From an uncultured delta proteobacterium (lineage in GTDB: Bacteria; Desulfobacterota; Desulfobacteria; Desulfobacterales; Desulfosalsimonadaceae), in the NCBI GenBank assembly GCA_963826785.1, contig CAWGYD010000001.1, forward strand, positions 480,001 to 544,000: a DNA stretch of 64,000 nucleotides. Reading direction: 5' to 3'. The notes beneath the pieces are model-generated. The model ran no database searches. It was not told the origin of the DNA and saw only the letters and a list, made by a program, of their open reading frames with translations. The position numbers were made by a program, and so were the translations under genes. Below are positions 1 to 9,634 of the stretch, piece by piece; position 1 is the first letter of the stretch, and each line of letters opens with the position of its first letter.

Positions 1-1098
1 TTTCTCACCACCGCCATGATCGGCAAGCTCAGTCTCATAAATGACCTTGCTTTAAGCTTCATCGCCCTCAATGCCGGGGCCGAACTCCACCTGGCATCGA
101 TCCGGAAACGCAGCCGGGCAATTCTGGCCGGCGTCTTGCTGCTGACGGCGGTAATCATGGCGGTCATACCGCTGTTTATCGTGGCGGCCGGAGGATACTT
201 TGGCCTTCTGTCTTCCATGGGCATGCGCTCCCTGGTGGTTTTCGCCGTCCTGACCGGCCTGCTGTGCGTTTCTCTGTCTCCCGCCTCCGTGATTGCACTG
301 ATCAACGAATGCCGCGCAAAGGGACCGTTCACGGAAATTATCCTGGCGGTCACCATCGCCATCGATGCGGTGATCATCATGGCGTTCACCACTGCCATAT
401 CGGTCTTTCGGATGATGCTCTACGGCGGCGGGCCGGATCTGCTGCGCCTTGCGGGGACCGGCGTTGAGATGCTCATCTCCGTTGCGGTGGGGATCATGCT
501 GGGAAAGGGGATCGCCCTGTATCAGGAACGGATCGGGCATGATTTCCTGCTGTTTCTTCTCTTTATCGCCTTCGCCGTCTCCAAGGTGTCGGTCTGGCTC
601 ATCGGGTACATGCATGGGCATTTCAATATTTCGCTCCACCTGGAGCCGCTGCTGATCTGCATGAGCGCCGGATATTTCGTCCGGAATCACAGCAGCTCCG
701 GGCATGAGCTGATCCGGGTACTGACGAAAAATTCCCTCCCCATCTACGTGCTGTTCTTCACCCTGGCCGGCGCCTCCCTGGATTTTACCGCACTGGGAGC
801 TGCCTGGTCCCTGGCCCTGGCGGTGGCGGCGATCCGGATCGCCGCGCTTTTTGCGGGAAGCTTCCTGGCAGCAACGATTAGCCGCGATCCGCCGGCGTTC
901 CGGAAAAACGCCTGGATGGCCTATATCACCCAGGCCGGCGTGTCCATCGGCCTGGCCCAGCTGGCGGCGCGGCAGCTGCCGGAAATCGGGGTGAGTCTGA
1001 CAACGGTGGTGCTGGCGGTAATCGCGGTCAACCAGGTGATCGGTCCGGTTGCGTTCAAAATGGCATTGGGGTATGTGGGAGAAACAGGGAAGCGATAA
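1..1098 (+). CDS. Cation:proton antiporter (Na+/H+ exchanger, CPA family), 5'-truncated by window edge
   Basis: Many TM helices; motifs ALSFIALNAGAEL, SPASVIA, AIDAV and QAGVSIGLA resemble CPA exchangers; frame is open back to base 1. Confidence 0.75.
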   Translation, partial: FLTTAMIGKLSLINDLALSFIALNAGAELHLASIRKRSRAILAGVLLLTAVIMAVIPLFIVAAGGYFGLLSSMGMRSLVVFAVLTGLLCVSLSPASVIALINECRAKGPFTEIILAVTIAIDAVIIMAFTTAISVFRMMLYGGGPDLLRLAGTGVEMLISVAVGIMLGKGIALYQERIGHDFLLFLLFIAFAVSKVSVWLIGYMHGHFNISLHLEPLLICMSAGYFVRNHSSSGHELIRVLTKNSLPIYVLFFTLAGASLDFTALGAAWSLALAVAAIRIAALFAGSFLAATISRDPPAFRKNAWMAYITQAGVSIGLAQLAARQLPEIGVSLTTVVLAVIAVNQVIGPVAFKMALGYVGETGKR

Positions 1099-1117
1099 TA
1101 TTTTTGAAAGAGGACCC

Positions 1118-2149
1118 ATGAAACTCAATTTCAAGCAGGACAACGGGCCGGCAGACCGGCTCATCGAAGACCTGATCCGGGAAGCAGGGGGTATCCTGCG
1201 GCCCCGGATCGTCCGGGAGCTGATCCTGGCATCACTCAAGGCCGGCCAGGAAGACGACGGCGGGGTGGATCTGAAGATGATGAACACCTCGGTCAAGGAG
1301 ATGCGCTTTACCGCCAAGATTTTCGGGCAGTACCGCCATGTCAGAAAGGTGACGGTGTTCGGATCGGCCCGCACCCGGCCGGATGAAACCCTCTTCCGGA
1401 TGGCCCGGGATCTGGGAAGCAAGCTTGCGGCGTCCGGCTACCACGTGATTACCGGCGGCGGCCCCGGCATTATGCGGGCTGTCCACGAGGGGGCCGGCCC
1501 GGATTTTTCCTTCGGGGTCAACATCTACCTGCCCTTTGAGCAGGAGTCCAACCCGGTCATCAAGGGCAGCCCGCGAAACATCCAGTACAAATATTTTTTC
1601 AACCGCAAGGTGGCCTTTCTCAAGGAATCGGATGCAGTGGTGGTATTCCCGGGCGGATTCGGCACCCAGGATGAGGTCATGGAAACCCTCACCCTGATCC
1701 AGACCGGCAAGCGCAACCCCATGCCCCTGATCCTGATGGACGAACCGGGCGGCACCTACTGGACCGACTGGGTCGGGTATGTCGAATCGGAACTGCTGGG
1801 CAGGGGATATATCGGCAAATCCGACCTGCACCTGTTTGAACGGGCGGATCGCATCGAGGATGCGGTTTTCAGCATCGATCGGTTCTACCACCGGTATCAC
1901 AGCCTGCGCTACATCGGCACCCACCTGGTTTTGCGCCTCACTTCCCCCGTATCCGAGGCCCGCATCGAGGACCTCAAAACCCGTTTTGCCGATATCCTTG
2001 CTCCCGGCGGCAACATCATCCTCACGGAAGCGTACCCGGAAGAAGAAGACGAAAAAGATATCCGCCACCTTCCCCGGCTGGCCCTCGACTTCACCCGCAA
2101 TCATTTCGGCCGGCTCCGGCAGTTCATCGATGCCGTAAACGAAGAGTAG
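1118..2149 (+). CDS. LOG-family (Rossmann-fold, TIGR00730-like) nucleotide phosphoribohydrolase with C-terminal extension
   Basis: VTVFGSAR, ITGGGPGIM and PGGFGTQDE (PGGxGTxxE) motifs; GAGGA RBS before ATG 1118. Confidence 0.85.
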   Translation: MKLNFKQDNGPADRLIEDLIREAGGILRPRIVRELILASLKAGQEDDGGVDLKMMNTSVKEMRFTAKIFGQYRHVRKVTVFGSARTRPDETLFRMARDLGSKLAASGYHVITGGGPGIMRAVHEGAGPDFSFGVNIYLPFEQESNPVIKGSPRNIQYKYFFNRKVAFLKESDAVVVFPGGFGTQDEVMETLTLIQTGKRNPMPLILMDEPGGTYWTDWVGYVESELLGRGYIGKSDLHLFERADRIEDAVFSIDRFYHRYHSLRYIGTHLVLRLTSPVSEARIEDLKTRFADILAPGGNIILTEAYPEEEDEKDIRHLPRLALDFTRNHFGRLRQFIDAVNEE

Positions 2150-2235
2150 AAGCGGTTGCAGCATAAAGATCGTATTGGATACAGACCCGGAGGCAGCAAA
2201 ATACGCCACAGTAAGTTATTGGGGTTTTTTTGTTT

Positions 2236-2580
2236 CATTGCGATCAGATGCATTCCGGTTCGGCAAGCCGCTACACCCCCCTTTGTCCCCCCTCCAGGGG
2301 GGAATTAAGAGATAACAAAGAGTTGTGAATCACGATCCGTCATTCCGGCAGTCCTTAAGCCGGAATCCAGGAAAACGAAATGCTCAACTACCCGACGGAG
2401 AGGGCTCATAGGGGGACGCTGCGCGTGATTTTGCGCGTATGCCCTGGGGGGAATCAAGGGGTGTGCATTGCGATCAGATGCATTCCGGTTCGGCAAGCCG
2501 CTACACCCCCCTTTGTCCCCCCTCCAGGGGGGAATTAAAAGATGTGTCCCCCTCCAGGGGGGGAATTAAAGGAAGGTGTC
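2236..2580. repeat. 73-bp exact direct repeat (2236-2308 = 2466-2538) with family A palindromes and a family C hairpin between the copies
   Basis: CATTGCGATCAGATGCATTCCGGTTCGGCAAGCCGCTACACCCCCC...GGGGGGAATTAA occurs twice, 230 bp apart; family C hairpin at 2339-2370. Confidence 0.9.
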
Positions 2581-2625
2581 CGGCCGGGCGATGCCGACCT
2601 CATCGCCCGGCGGACGGGAGGCGCT

Positions 2626-3666
2626 CTATTTCGAATCCGTCTCTATCTCTTCGATGTATTGTCCGATCTTGCCGCGAAACACCCAGAACTGGTTGTACGC
2701 ATTGTAGATGAGGATCAGGGGGATGATGACGCCCATGACCACGGTCATGAAGATCAGCGTGGAGAGCGATGCCGCCGAATGGATGATCTGGACCGAGGAC
2801 GTGATGACGTTGGGGATCATGTAGGGATAGAGGGCAAGGGAAATCCCGGTGAAGGAGAACAGGATCACTGCCGCATTGAAGAAGAAGGGCAGGGTTTCAT
2901 ACCGTTTCCAGAGGCTGAAGGCATACAGCACCCCCGAAATTCCGGCAAGGGCGGGGCCGGCCGCGACCCAGTATACGTCCGGCGTCCGGGTCCACTTGTC
3001 GATCATATGCGGATATTTGACAAACATCCACAAATAGACGCCGCAGGAAATGGGAAGCAGGAAGGCGGCGCTGATCCAGGCATACCGGTACCCCAGGGCC
3101 TGGAGCCGCCCTTCGGCCTTGAGGATGAGAAAGCTTGAGCCGAGCATGATATCGCCGAAGATCACCCCCGCGGTAACCAGGAGGCTAAACGGGGTCAGCC
3201 AGTCCCAGATGCTTCCGGCAAACCGCCCCGCCTCCACATGAATGCCGCCCAGCAGTCCGCCCACGGCAAACCCCTGGGTGACGGCCACCAGCAGGCTGCC
3301 CACCGCAAACAGCCACCCGGCAACCGGTTTCCTCCGGGCATGGGCATGGTAGTCCAGCGCCACACCCCGGATGATCAACGCAAACAGCATGGCCATGATG
3401 GGGATGTACAGGGCGGAAAACACCACGGCATAGAAGAGCGGAAACGCACCGAACACCATGCCGCCGACGATGACCAGCCAGGTCTGGTTGGTGTGCCAGG
3501 TGCTTTCAATGGAGCCGATCATGATGGACCGTTCCCTCTCACTCCGATACAGCAGGGACAGAATGCCCAGGCCCAGGTCGGCACCGTCCGAGATGGCGTA
3601 TGAAAGCAGGAAAAAAGCGATAATGCCGATCCACAGGTTGGCCAGAACAGCTTCTGTACCGTTCAT
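2626..3666 (-). CDS. cydB: Cytochrome bd ubiquinol oxidase subunit II
   Basis: DGADLGLG, WHTNQTWLV and GAFPLFYA motifs; overlaps the cydA stop. Confidence 0.92.
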   Translation of the reverse strand: MNGTEAVLANLWIGIIAFFLLSYAISDGADLGLGILSLLYRSERERSIMIGSIESTWHTNQTWLVIVGGMVFGAFPLFYAVVFSALYIPIMAMLFALIIRGVALDYHAHARRKPVAGWLFAVGSLLVAVTQGFAVGGLLGGIHVEAGRFAGSIWDWLTPFSLLVTAGVIFGDIMLGSSFLILKAEGRLQALGYRYAWISAAFLLPISCGVYLWMFVKYPHMIDKWTRTPDVYWVAAGPALAGISGVLYAFSLWKRYETLPFFFNAAVILFSFTGISLALYPYMIPNVITSSVQIIHSAASLSTLIFMTVVMGVIIPLILIYNAYNQFWVFRGKIGQYIEEIETDSK

Positions 3667-5066
3667 GATGTCTTTTGCCCCCGTTTGCCGGCGCGTCCGG
3701 CCCTGGTTCCGGGATCTTTAAACAGCGGTCCCCTGGCTATGATCCGGTAGAAGTACACGGCAAAGACCACCGGGAGGACCAGGTAGAAGACGATGAAGGT
3801 GGCCAGGGTGGATTGGACGGCGGCAGCCGGCAGATCGCTCACCGAATCGGCCGTGCGCACCATCCCGAACATGGTCCAGGGCTGGCGCCCGACTTCGCGC
3901 ACCACCCATCCCGCTTCCATGGCGATGTAGCTCAGGGGCGCGGCGATGATCCAGGACCAGAGCAGCCGCCTCTGGGTGCTCACCTGCGCGACACTCAACT
4001 TTCCCTGGTACCATTTCCAGACGGTCCATAGCATGAGAAGGAAAAAGGCGCCTCCCAGCACGATCATGACGCGAAATCCGATGAAGGGCGGCCAGACCGG
4101 CGGCCGGTCTTCCGGCGGAAATTCCCTCAAACCCATCACCACCCCGGCGGTGGAGCGGGTGGCGATGAGGCTCAATCCATAGGGGATGTTGATTTCCCAC
4201 AGGTTGCGCTCCAGGTCCGCCTGGGGCCAGGCGATGATGTGCCAGGGTGCCCCTCGCCCCCGGTCGTTGGTTACCCAGTGAGATTCCATGGCTGCCAGCT
4301 TGGTGGGCTGATGAAGGTAGGCTTCCCGCCCCACCCCGTCGCCCAGCACGATCTGAAGCGGGGTGATCAGGATGGCCAGCACCACCGCCATCTTGAATGA
4401 TTTGAGGAAAAAGGCCGTGTGGCGGTTTTTGAGGATATATCCGGCACTGATGGCCCCCACAACGAACAGGGAAATCTCCACGCAGGCGATGATCATGTGG
4501 GAAACGCCATAAGGGGCCGCCGGGTTCAAGATGGCATTCCACTGTGAGGTCACCTGGAATTTGCCGTTTTGCATGAACCCGCCGGTGGGCGACTGCATCC
4601 AGGAATTGGCCGCCATGATCCAGAACCCGGACATGAACGCGCCGAAAGAGACCATGGCCGTGGAAAGCATGTGCACGCTATTCGGGACCCTGTGCCAGGC
4701 GAAGATCATCACTCCCAGAAAACTGGCTTCGAGCATGAACGACATGCCCGCCTCGAATCCCAGCAGGTGGCCGAAAACGTCCCCTCCGGCATTGGAAAAG
4801 GCATTCCAGTTGGTCCCGAATTGAAATTCCATGGGAATCCCGGTGGCAACCCCCACGGCAAAATTGAGCAGGAACAGAACGCTCCAGAACCGGGCATGAT
4901 GATAGTATGCCACATCCCGGGTCTTGAGCCACATGGCTTCCATGATGACCAGGAACAGACTCAGCCCGATGGTGAGCACCGGAAAGAGGATATGAAAGAT
5001 CGCTGTCAGGGCGAACTGCGTCCTGGACAGGGTCAGGTGGTTTAAAAATCCCAGTGTTCCTTCCAC
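3663..5066 (-). CDS. cydA: Cytochrome bd ubiquinol oxidase subunit I
   Basis: FHILF, EFQFGTNW, ANSWMQ, QPTKLAAME and EVGRQPW motifs; likely GTG start at 5066 with AAAGGA RBS. Confidence 0.95.
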   Translation of the reverse strand: MEGTLGFLNHLTLSRTQFALTAIFHILFPVLTIGLSLFLVIMEAMWLKTRDVAYYHHARFWSVLFLLNFAVGVATGIPMEFQFGTNWNAFSNAGGDVFGHLLGFEAGMSFMLEASFLGVMIFAWHRVPNSVHMLSTAMVSFGAFMSGFWIMAANSWMQSPTGGFMQNGKFQVTSQWNAILNPAAPYGVSHMIIACVEISLFVVGAISAGYILKNRHTAFFLKSFKMAVVLAILITPLQIVLGDGVGREAYLHQPTKLAAMESHWVTNDRGRGAPWHIIAWPQADLERNLWEINIPYGLSLIATRSTAGVVMGLREFPPEDRPPVWPPFIGFRVMIVLGGAFFLLMLWTVWKWYQGKLSVAQVSTQRRLLWSWIIAAPLSYIAMEAGWVVREVGRQPWTMFGMVRTADSVSDLPAAAVQSTLATFIVFYLVLPVVFAVYFYRIIARGPLFKDPGTRAGRAGKRGQKTS

Positions 5067-5079
5067 GATAATCCTTTCG

Positions 5080-6033
5080 CTATGCGGGCTGCCCCAGTGC
5101 ATCGAGTTTCGGCAGGAGCCGCTCCCGCAGCACCCTCGGAATGGTCATGAATCGATTGGCAATTTCAATATAGGCCCCAAGCGACTCGGCCGAGTCCACC
5201 CCCACGGCGGCCACATTGATCAGCTGGCTCCAGAAAAGCCCCAGGATGTCCTTTGCGGGCAAGGGGTATGATCCGTCCGGGCCTTCTGGCAGTGGGTTTG
5301 ACAGAATCGTGCCGATATTGCGCGCCCGCAGGTGGGGATGGACGGTCCGTTCAAATTCGAGATACCGTCGCCCATTGCCGTTCATGGGAATCTCGGCGGC
5401 TTCAAAATCAAAAAACCCGTGGATGGCGGACATGAAGAAATCGGCATTCCGGTATCCCGCCAACCCGGCATGCCGGATCATCTTTTTTCGTTTGGCCTCC
5501 AGGATGGCGCCGATGGCCCCGTCCATTGAAAATACGAGGGAGGGGGAAGCCTCATAGATGCTTTCCTTGATCATCCAGAGATCGATATAGTCTGTTCCCA
5601 GCAGGTCCAGGCTCTTTTCGAGCTGCTTCAAGCAGGCGGACTTCCCATGTCCGTCGGTGCCCGTAACCAGCAGGAGGTTTTCCCGCTTGACATCCACCAG
5701 GTTCCAGGCGACCAGCTGAACGGCGCGCTCTTCTTCCCACACCAGGTCGAGCACGGTCTTGCCCGGAATGTCAAAGGCCGCCCGGATCAGGGCCGCCGCG
5801 GCGAGTTCGTTGGACATGCCGGCCAGCTTCGCCCCGGAAAATCCGAGGATGGGCACCATCTCCCGGGTTTTTCCCAGCAGCCGATGCGGCATGGAATGAT
5901 ACAGGGACTTGTTGGTGATGGGCCTTTCCGCTGCCGTCGCAGGGGGAAGCGGCAGCGGATTCAATCCCGCGGCCAGTACCGCAAGCATCATCTCTTTCAA
6001 AAAAGAACGCCTGGACAGGATCTGCAATTCCAC
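5080..6033 (-). CDS. Tat-signal aldo/keto reductase-like protein, catalytic residues apparently degenerate
   Basis: SRRSFLK twin-arginine motif; RLLGKTREMVPILGF and SLDLLGTDYIDL are AKR-like; likely GTG start at 6033. Confidence 0.7.
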   Translation of the reverse strand: MELQILSRRSFLKEMMLAVLAAGLNPLPLPPATAAERPITNKSLYHSMPHRLLGKTREMVPILGFSGAKLAGMSNELAAAALIRAAFDIPGKTVLDLVWEEERAVQLVAWNLVDVKRENLLLVTGTDGHGKSACLKQLEKSLDLLGTDYIDLWMIKESIYEASPSLVFSMDGAIGAILEAKRKKMIRHAGLAGYRNADFFMSAIHGFFDFEAAEIPMNGNGRRYLEFERTVHPHLRARNIGTILSNPLPEGPDGSYPLPAKDILGLFWSQLINVAAVGVDSAESLGAYIEIANRFMTIPRVLRERLLPKLDALGQPA

Positions 6034-6374
6034 TTTCTCCTCACGGCAGGTGGGTGAAAACACCGGGGCCAAATAGATAACCATCTATGGAAACTATTTA
6101 TAATCCAAACCGCCGATGGAATAAATCAGGCGCACCCGGTATTCGCGGGCAGTCTTGAAATGTACTTTCAGGCAAAGGAGAGGCTATTTTATCAGCCATG
6201 GGACATGATCTGGTCCAGGCTCCCGAAAACCCGGTTGATTTCAGCCATGCGTTTTCAAACCGCACCGGTCAGGTTTCGACGTATCCCGGTTTGGGGTTTA
6301 CTGTTTGGTAAAGGCACGATGTCGTCCGTGCCCGGTGCGTGTTTGGAAATACCTGAACGAAAAGGCGGTAAACG

Positions 6375-7187
6375 ATGAAAATGGGCGCTGTAAATGGAAA
6401 CAATGCAGAAACTCTGGAAAATCCGCTGGAAGAAAATACACTGGACCCGCAGGAGGCACAGGTGTTCTGCCACTGGTTGTCCCTGATGAACGAAAATGAC
6501 ATCCCCTATGCGGTGAGCGGAGCGTTTGCCATCCACGCGTATACGGGGATCATGCGAAACACCAAGGACCTGGATATCTACATCAAACCGGCCGATCTGA
6601 AGAAAGCCCTGGTCGTGCTGGAAAATGCAGGCTACCGCACGGAAATCCGCGACCGGGCCTGGCTGGCCAAGGTGCACAGCGAAGATATTTTCATGGATCT
6701 CCTTTTTGCCGTTCACCGCCAGCGGTTCCGGATCGAAGACAACTGGTTTCAACACAGAAGACGGGCGAAGATCCTGGATGTCGAAGCCCATGTCCTTGCC
6801 CCGGAGGAGCTGTTCGTGTCCAAGGCCCACCTGGTCAAGACCTACCGGTTCGACGGAGCCGACCTGATGCACTTGATCCGCAGCCTCGAGGGGCGCCTGG
6901 ACTGGCATCGGATACTCGATTACCTGGACGACGAGCGGGACCTGCTGCTCTGGTACCTGCTGCTGTTTCAATTTGTCTATCCGGGCCATATCGATTATCT
7001 GCCCACCGGCCTGATGGAAGATCTTTTCACGAAAATCCGGCAGGACTGGAAGAGCCGGCCGGCAAAAGACGCTTTTCGCGGCGCCCTGCTCGACCCGGAT
7101 GGATTTGCCATGGATGTAAAGAATTGGGGATATATAGACTACGGTAAAGACCTGCCCCTGGTAAGCGAAAAAGGAGACCTTCTATGA
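6375..7187 (+). CDS. Uncharacterised Pol-beta-superfamily nucleotidyltransferase
   Basis: YAVSGAFA...TKDLDIY (hG[GS]...DxD) motif. Confidence 0.75.
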   Translation: MKMGAVNGNNAETLENPLEENTLDPQEAQVFCHWLSLMNENDIPYAVSGAFAIHAYTGIMRNTKDLDIYIKPADLKKALVVLENAGYRTEIRDRAWLAKVHSEDIFMDLLFAVHRQRFRIEDNWFQHRRRAKILDVEAHVLAPEELFVSKAHLVKTYRFDGADLMHLIRSLEGRLDWHRILDYLDDERDLLLWYLLLFQFVYPGHIDYLPTGLMEDLFTKIRQDWKSRPAKDAFRGALLDPDGFAMDVKNWGYIDYGKDLPLVSEKGDLL

Positions 7188-7888
7188 GAGTCGCCGCCAT
7201 TGCAGACCTGCACTGCTGTCGGGAATCGAGATCCGAACTGGCGCGGATCTTTACCGAGATCAATCGCTGCGCCGACATTTTGGTGATGGCTGGGGATCTG
7301 ACCAACGTCGGGCGTGTGGAGGAAATAGAAAGCCTCATCGGGCTGCTCAAAGACATCTCCCTCCCCAAGGTGGCCGTGTTGGGCAACCACGACCACCAGG
7401 AGGATCATGCCGAAACCCTGCACATGATGATGGAGGCTGCCGGCGTCCATGTGCTGGATGCCTCCGCTTACATCACCGGAGATGTCGCGTTCATCGGTAC
7501 GAAAGGGTTCTGCGGCGGGTTTGGCGACCTTCGCATTCAGCCTTTTGGCGAAAAGGCTTTAAAAGCTTTTGTTCAGGTGGGAATCGATGAGGCCCAACGA
7601 ATGGCGGAAACCCTCACCTATATTAAAACCCGGCACAAAATCGCCGTGCTCCATTACGCGCCCATCCCCGAAACGCTGGCTGGCGAGGCTCCGGAACTCT
7701 TCCCCTTTCTGGGCGCCTCCCTTCTGGCCGAGGCCCTGGACCGGCATGGCGTGGATGTCATTTTTCACGGCCATGCCCACCACGGCTCCCCCCGGGGGGC
7801 CACCCCCGGCGGCATTCCCGTGCACAACGTCTGCCGCTTCGTCCAGAAGCGCGCTTTCGGGAGGGACTGCTTCATTTATGAAACCTGA
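7184..7888 (+). CDS. Calcineurin-like metallophosphoesterase
   Basis: ADLH, AGDLT, GNHDH and HGHAH motifs; ATGA overlap with the upstream gene. Confidence 0.9.
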   Translation: MRVAAIADLHCCRESRSELARIFTEINRCADILVMAGDLTNVGRVEEIESLIGLLKDISLPKVAVLGNHDHQEDHAETLHMMMEAAGVHVLDASAYITGDVAFIGTKGFCGGFGDLRIQPFGEKALKAFVQVGIDEAQRMAETLTYIKTRHKIAVLHYAPIPETLAGEAPELFPFLGASLLAEALDRHGVDVIFHGHAHHGSPRGATPGGIPVHNVCRFVQKRAFGRDCFIYET

Positions 7889-7904
7889 AAAAAACGGGGC
7901 GACG

Positions 7905-8732
7905 TTAACCGGCAGGGGAGGGAAGCGGCACGACCAGCTCCGCCGCGCGCTTCTGGATCCAGCACGCCCGTCCGTCATCCAGGCGGATCCTGAACCAGTC
8001 TCCACGCTCTTCGATGACATGAAACTCCGTCCCTTCGTGCAAAGGCGCCCTGCAACTGTCCGGATATTCCATGCCATCCCTTTTCCCGGGCACCACCTGA
8101 TCGGCAAGGATCACCCCGGCGGGATGCCGGATCCGGTTGATGTGCTCGGCTGCAAACATCGCCAGAAATAGGATCAGAATGGAGCAGACCCCGTACAGAA
8201 AGGGTCGGCCGATTTTTTCAGAAGTCAGCCACACGAAAAAAGTGACCCAGAACATGACATACCCGAAGGAGAAAAAGAGCGCCCGCGCTTCCGGCGAAAA
8301 ATCGTGGCGCCAGAACAGAAGGGCTTCAAACAGTCTGTGTTTCTGTGCTTCTCCGAATTTGTCGATCCGCTGGCTCCGGGCAAATTCGAGGTTGCGCTTC
8401 AGGTTCGGATCATTTGGGATGTAGCGCTCGGCCCGGCGGTAATTCAAAATGGCCCGTCCCACGTTGCCGTCCCGGAAATAGGCCTGTCCGAGGTGATAAT
8501 AATTTTTCCCGGTTTGCATCCCGCCGGCCGAAACCGTCTGCTCCAGCCGCGCAATCTCATGGCCGGGGGGCTCACGGACCTGCATCGAAGGCACCCGGTC
8601 AGCCGCAGCCGCGTGGCCGTTTACCCTGATGAGAATGGCGCACAAAGCAACCATCAGAAAAAGGAAGCGGCCCACTGTCCGCGGAACCGGCCGTCCCGGA
8701 TCCTGCAATGAGAAAAGAGTGAAAAAAAGCAT
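7905..8732 (-). CDS. TPR + SH3-like membrane protein (BatE-like)
   Basis: TPR (YYHLGQAYFRDGNVGRAILNYRRAERYIPND), two TM helices, C-terminal LHEGTEF...WFRIRL...WI. Confidence 0.75.
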   Translation of the reverse strand: MLFFTLFSLQDPGRPVPRTVGRFLFLMVALCAILIRVNGHAAAADRVPSMQVREPPGHEIARLEQTVSAGGMQTGKNYYHLGQAYFRDGNVGRAILNYRRAERYIPNDPNLKRNLEFARSQRIDKFGEAQKHRLFEALLFWRHDFSPEARALFFSFGYVMFWVTFFVWLTSEKIGRPFLYGVCSILILFLAMFAAEHINRIRHPAGVILADQVVPGKRDGMEYPDSCRAPLHEGTEFHVIEERGDWFRIRLDDGRACWIQKRAAELVVPLPSPAG

Positions 8733-8748
8733 TATCCTGCTTTCTCTG

Positions 8749-9366
8749 TCAATGCAGCGTTTTTCCTGCTTCCGCTTCCAGTTTCACCTCCACATGGGTG
8801 CTGTCCTTGATGCTGTTGAACACCGGGGAATAGTGCTGGGCCATCCGGATCAGCTCTTGCTTTTCGTCTCGTGAAATATCCGCATCGATATCGAAGTAGA
8901 CCCGGATCGCCTCGTATTGCTTTTTCACATCATCGTCAAGGCCCAGGAATCCGCGAAGGTCGATATCCCCTTCATACCGTGACTTGACCCCGTTCAATTG
9001 AATCCCCCTGGCCGCGGCATGGGTGACCAGGGCGGTGGTCAGACATCCGGACAGGGCGATCAGCAGGTATTCCACCGGGTTCGGACCCTGGTTTTCTCCC
9101 AGCAGCACGGGCGGTTCATCCTCGCTGAAGTTCATGGCCGATCGCGTGTCGTCCTCCTGCAGGGCGCCGTAAAAATCCTTGACGGAGGCCCGGTTGTGGG
9201 CACCACTGATCCAGTTATTCATGGCTCGGAACTGAAATCTGGCAATTTCCGGGTCTTGCCGTATCTTGTCAAGGGTGCCGCGCAGCGCATAGGTATCCAG
9301 ACCGTTGATGATGCCGGGCCGGGCGGGTTTGCCTGCCGGACGAGTTGTGTTTTTCTTGGTTTCCAT
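8749..9366 (-). CDS. OsmC/Ohr-like family protein
   Basis: DEPPVLLGENQGPNPVEYLLIALSGC and GDIDLRGFLG motifs. Confidence 0.85.
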   Translation of the reverse strand: METKKNTTRPAGKPARPGIINGLDTYALRGTLDKIRQDPEIARFQFRAMNNWISGAHNRASVKDFYGALQEDDTRSAMNFSEDEPPVLLGENQGPNPVEYLLIALSGCLTTALVTHAAARGIQLNGVKSRYEGDIDLRGFLGLDDDVKKQYEAIRVYFDIDADISRDEKQELIRMAQHYSPVFNSIKDSTHVEVKLEAEAGKTLH

Positions 9367-9634
9367 TTCTATCTCCTCCCTGCATATGTCGAAAGTTGAA
9401 AAATGTATCGGTCCGGTGTGGTTCCATCTTGAGATGAAATCTGTGCACCGCGGTGCCGGTCATCAATGGGGTGAATTCTGTAGGAGCGGACTGCAGGTCA
9501 TGTACGCATGCGTACCGTCGGGATTTTGAAAGTGCTTATCGCCGATTTCATGGGTGCAACGGAGGCAAAAATCTGCGATTCCTTCGACGATATCATCGAA
9601 GCCCGCGGGCCGGGTCATCGTGTTTTTTTGAATT

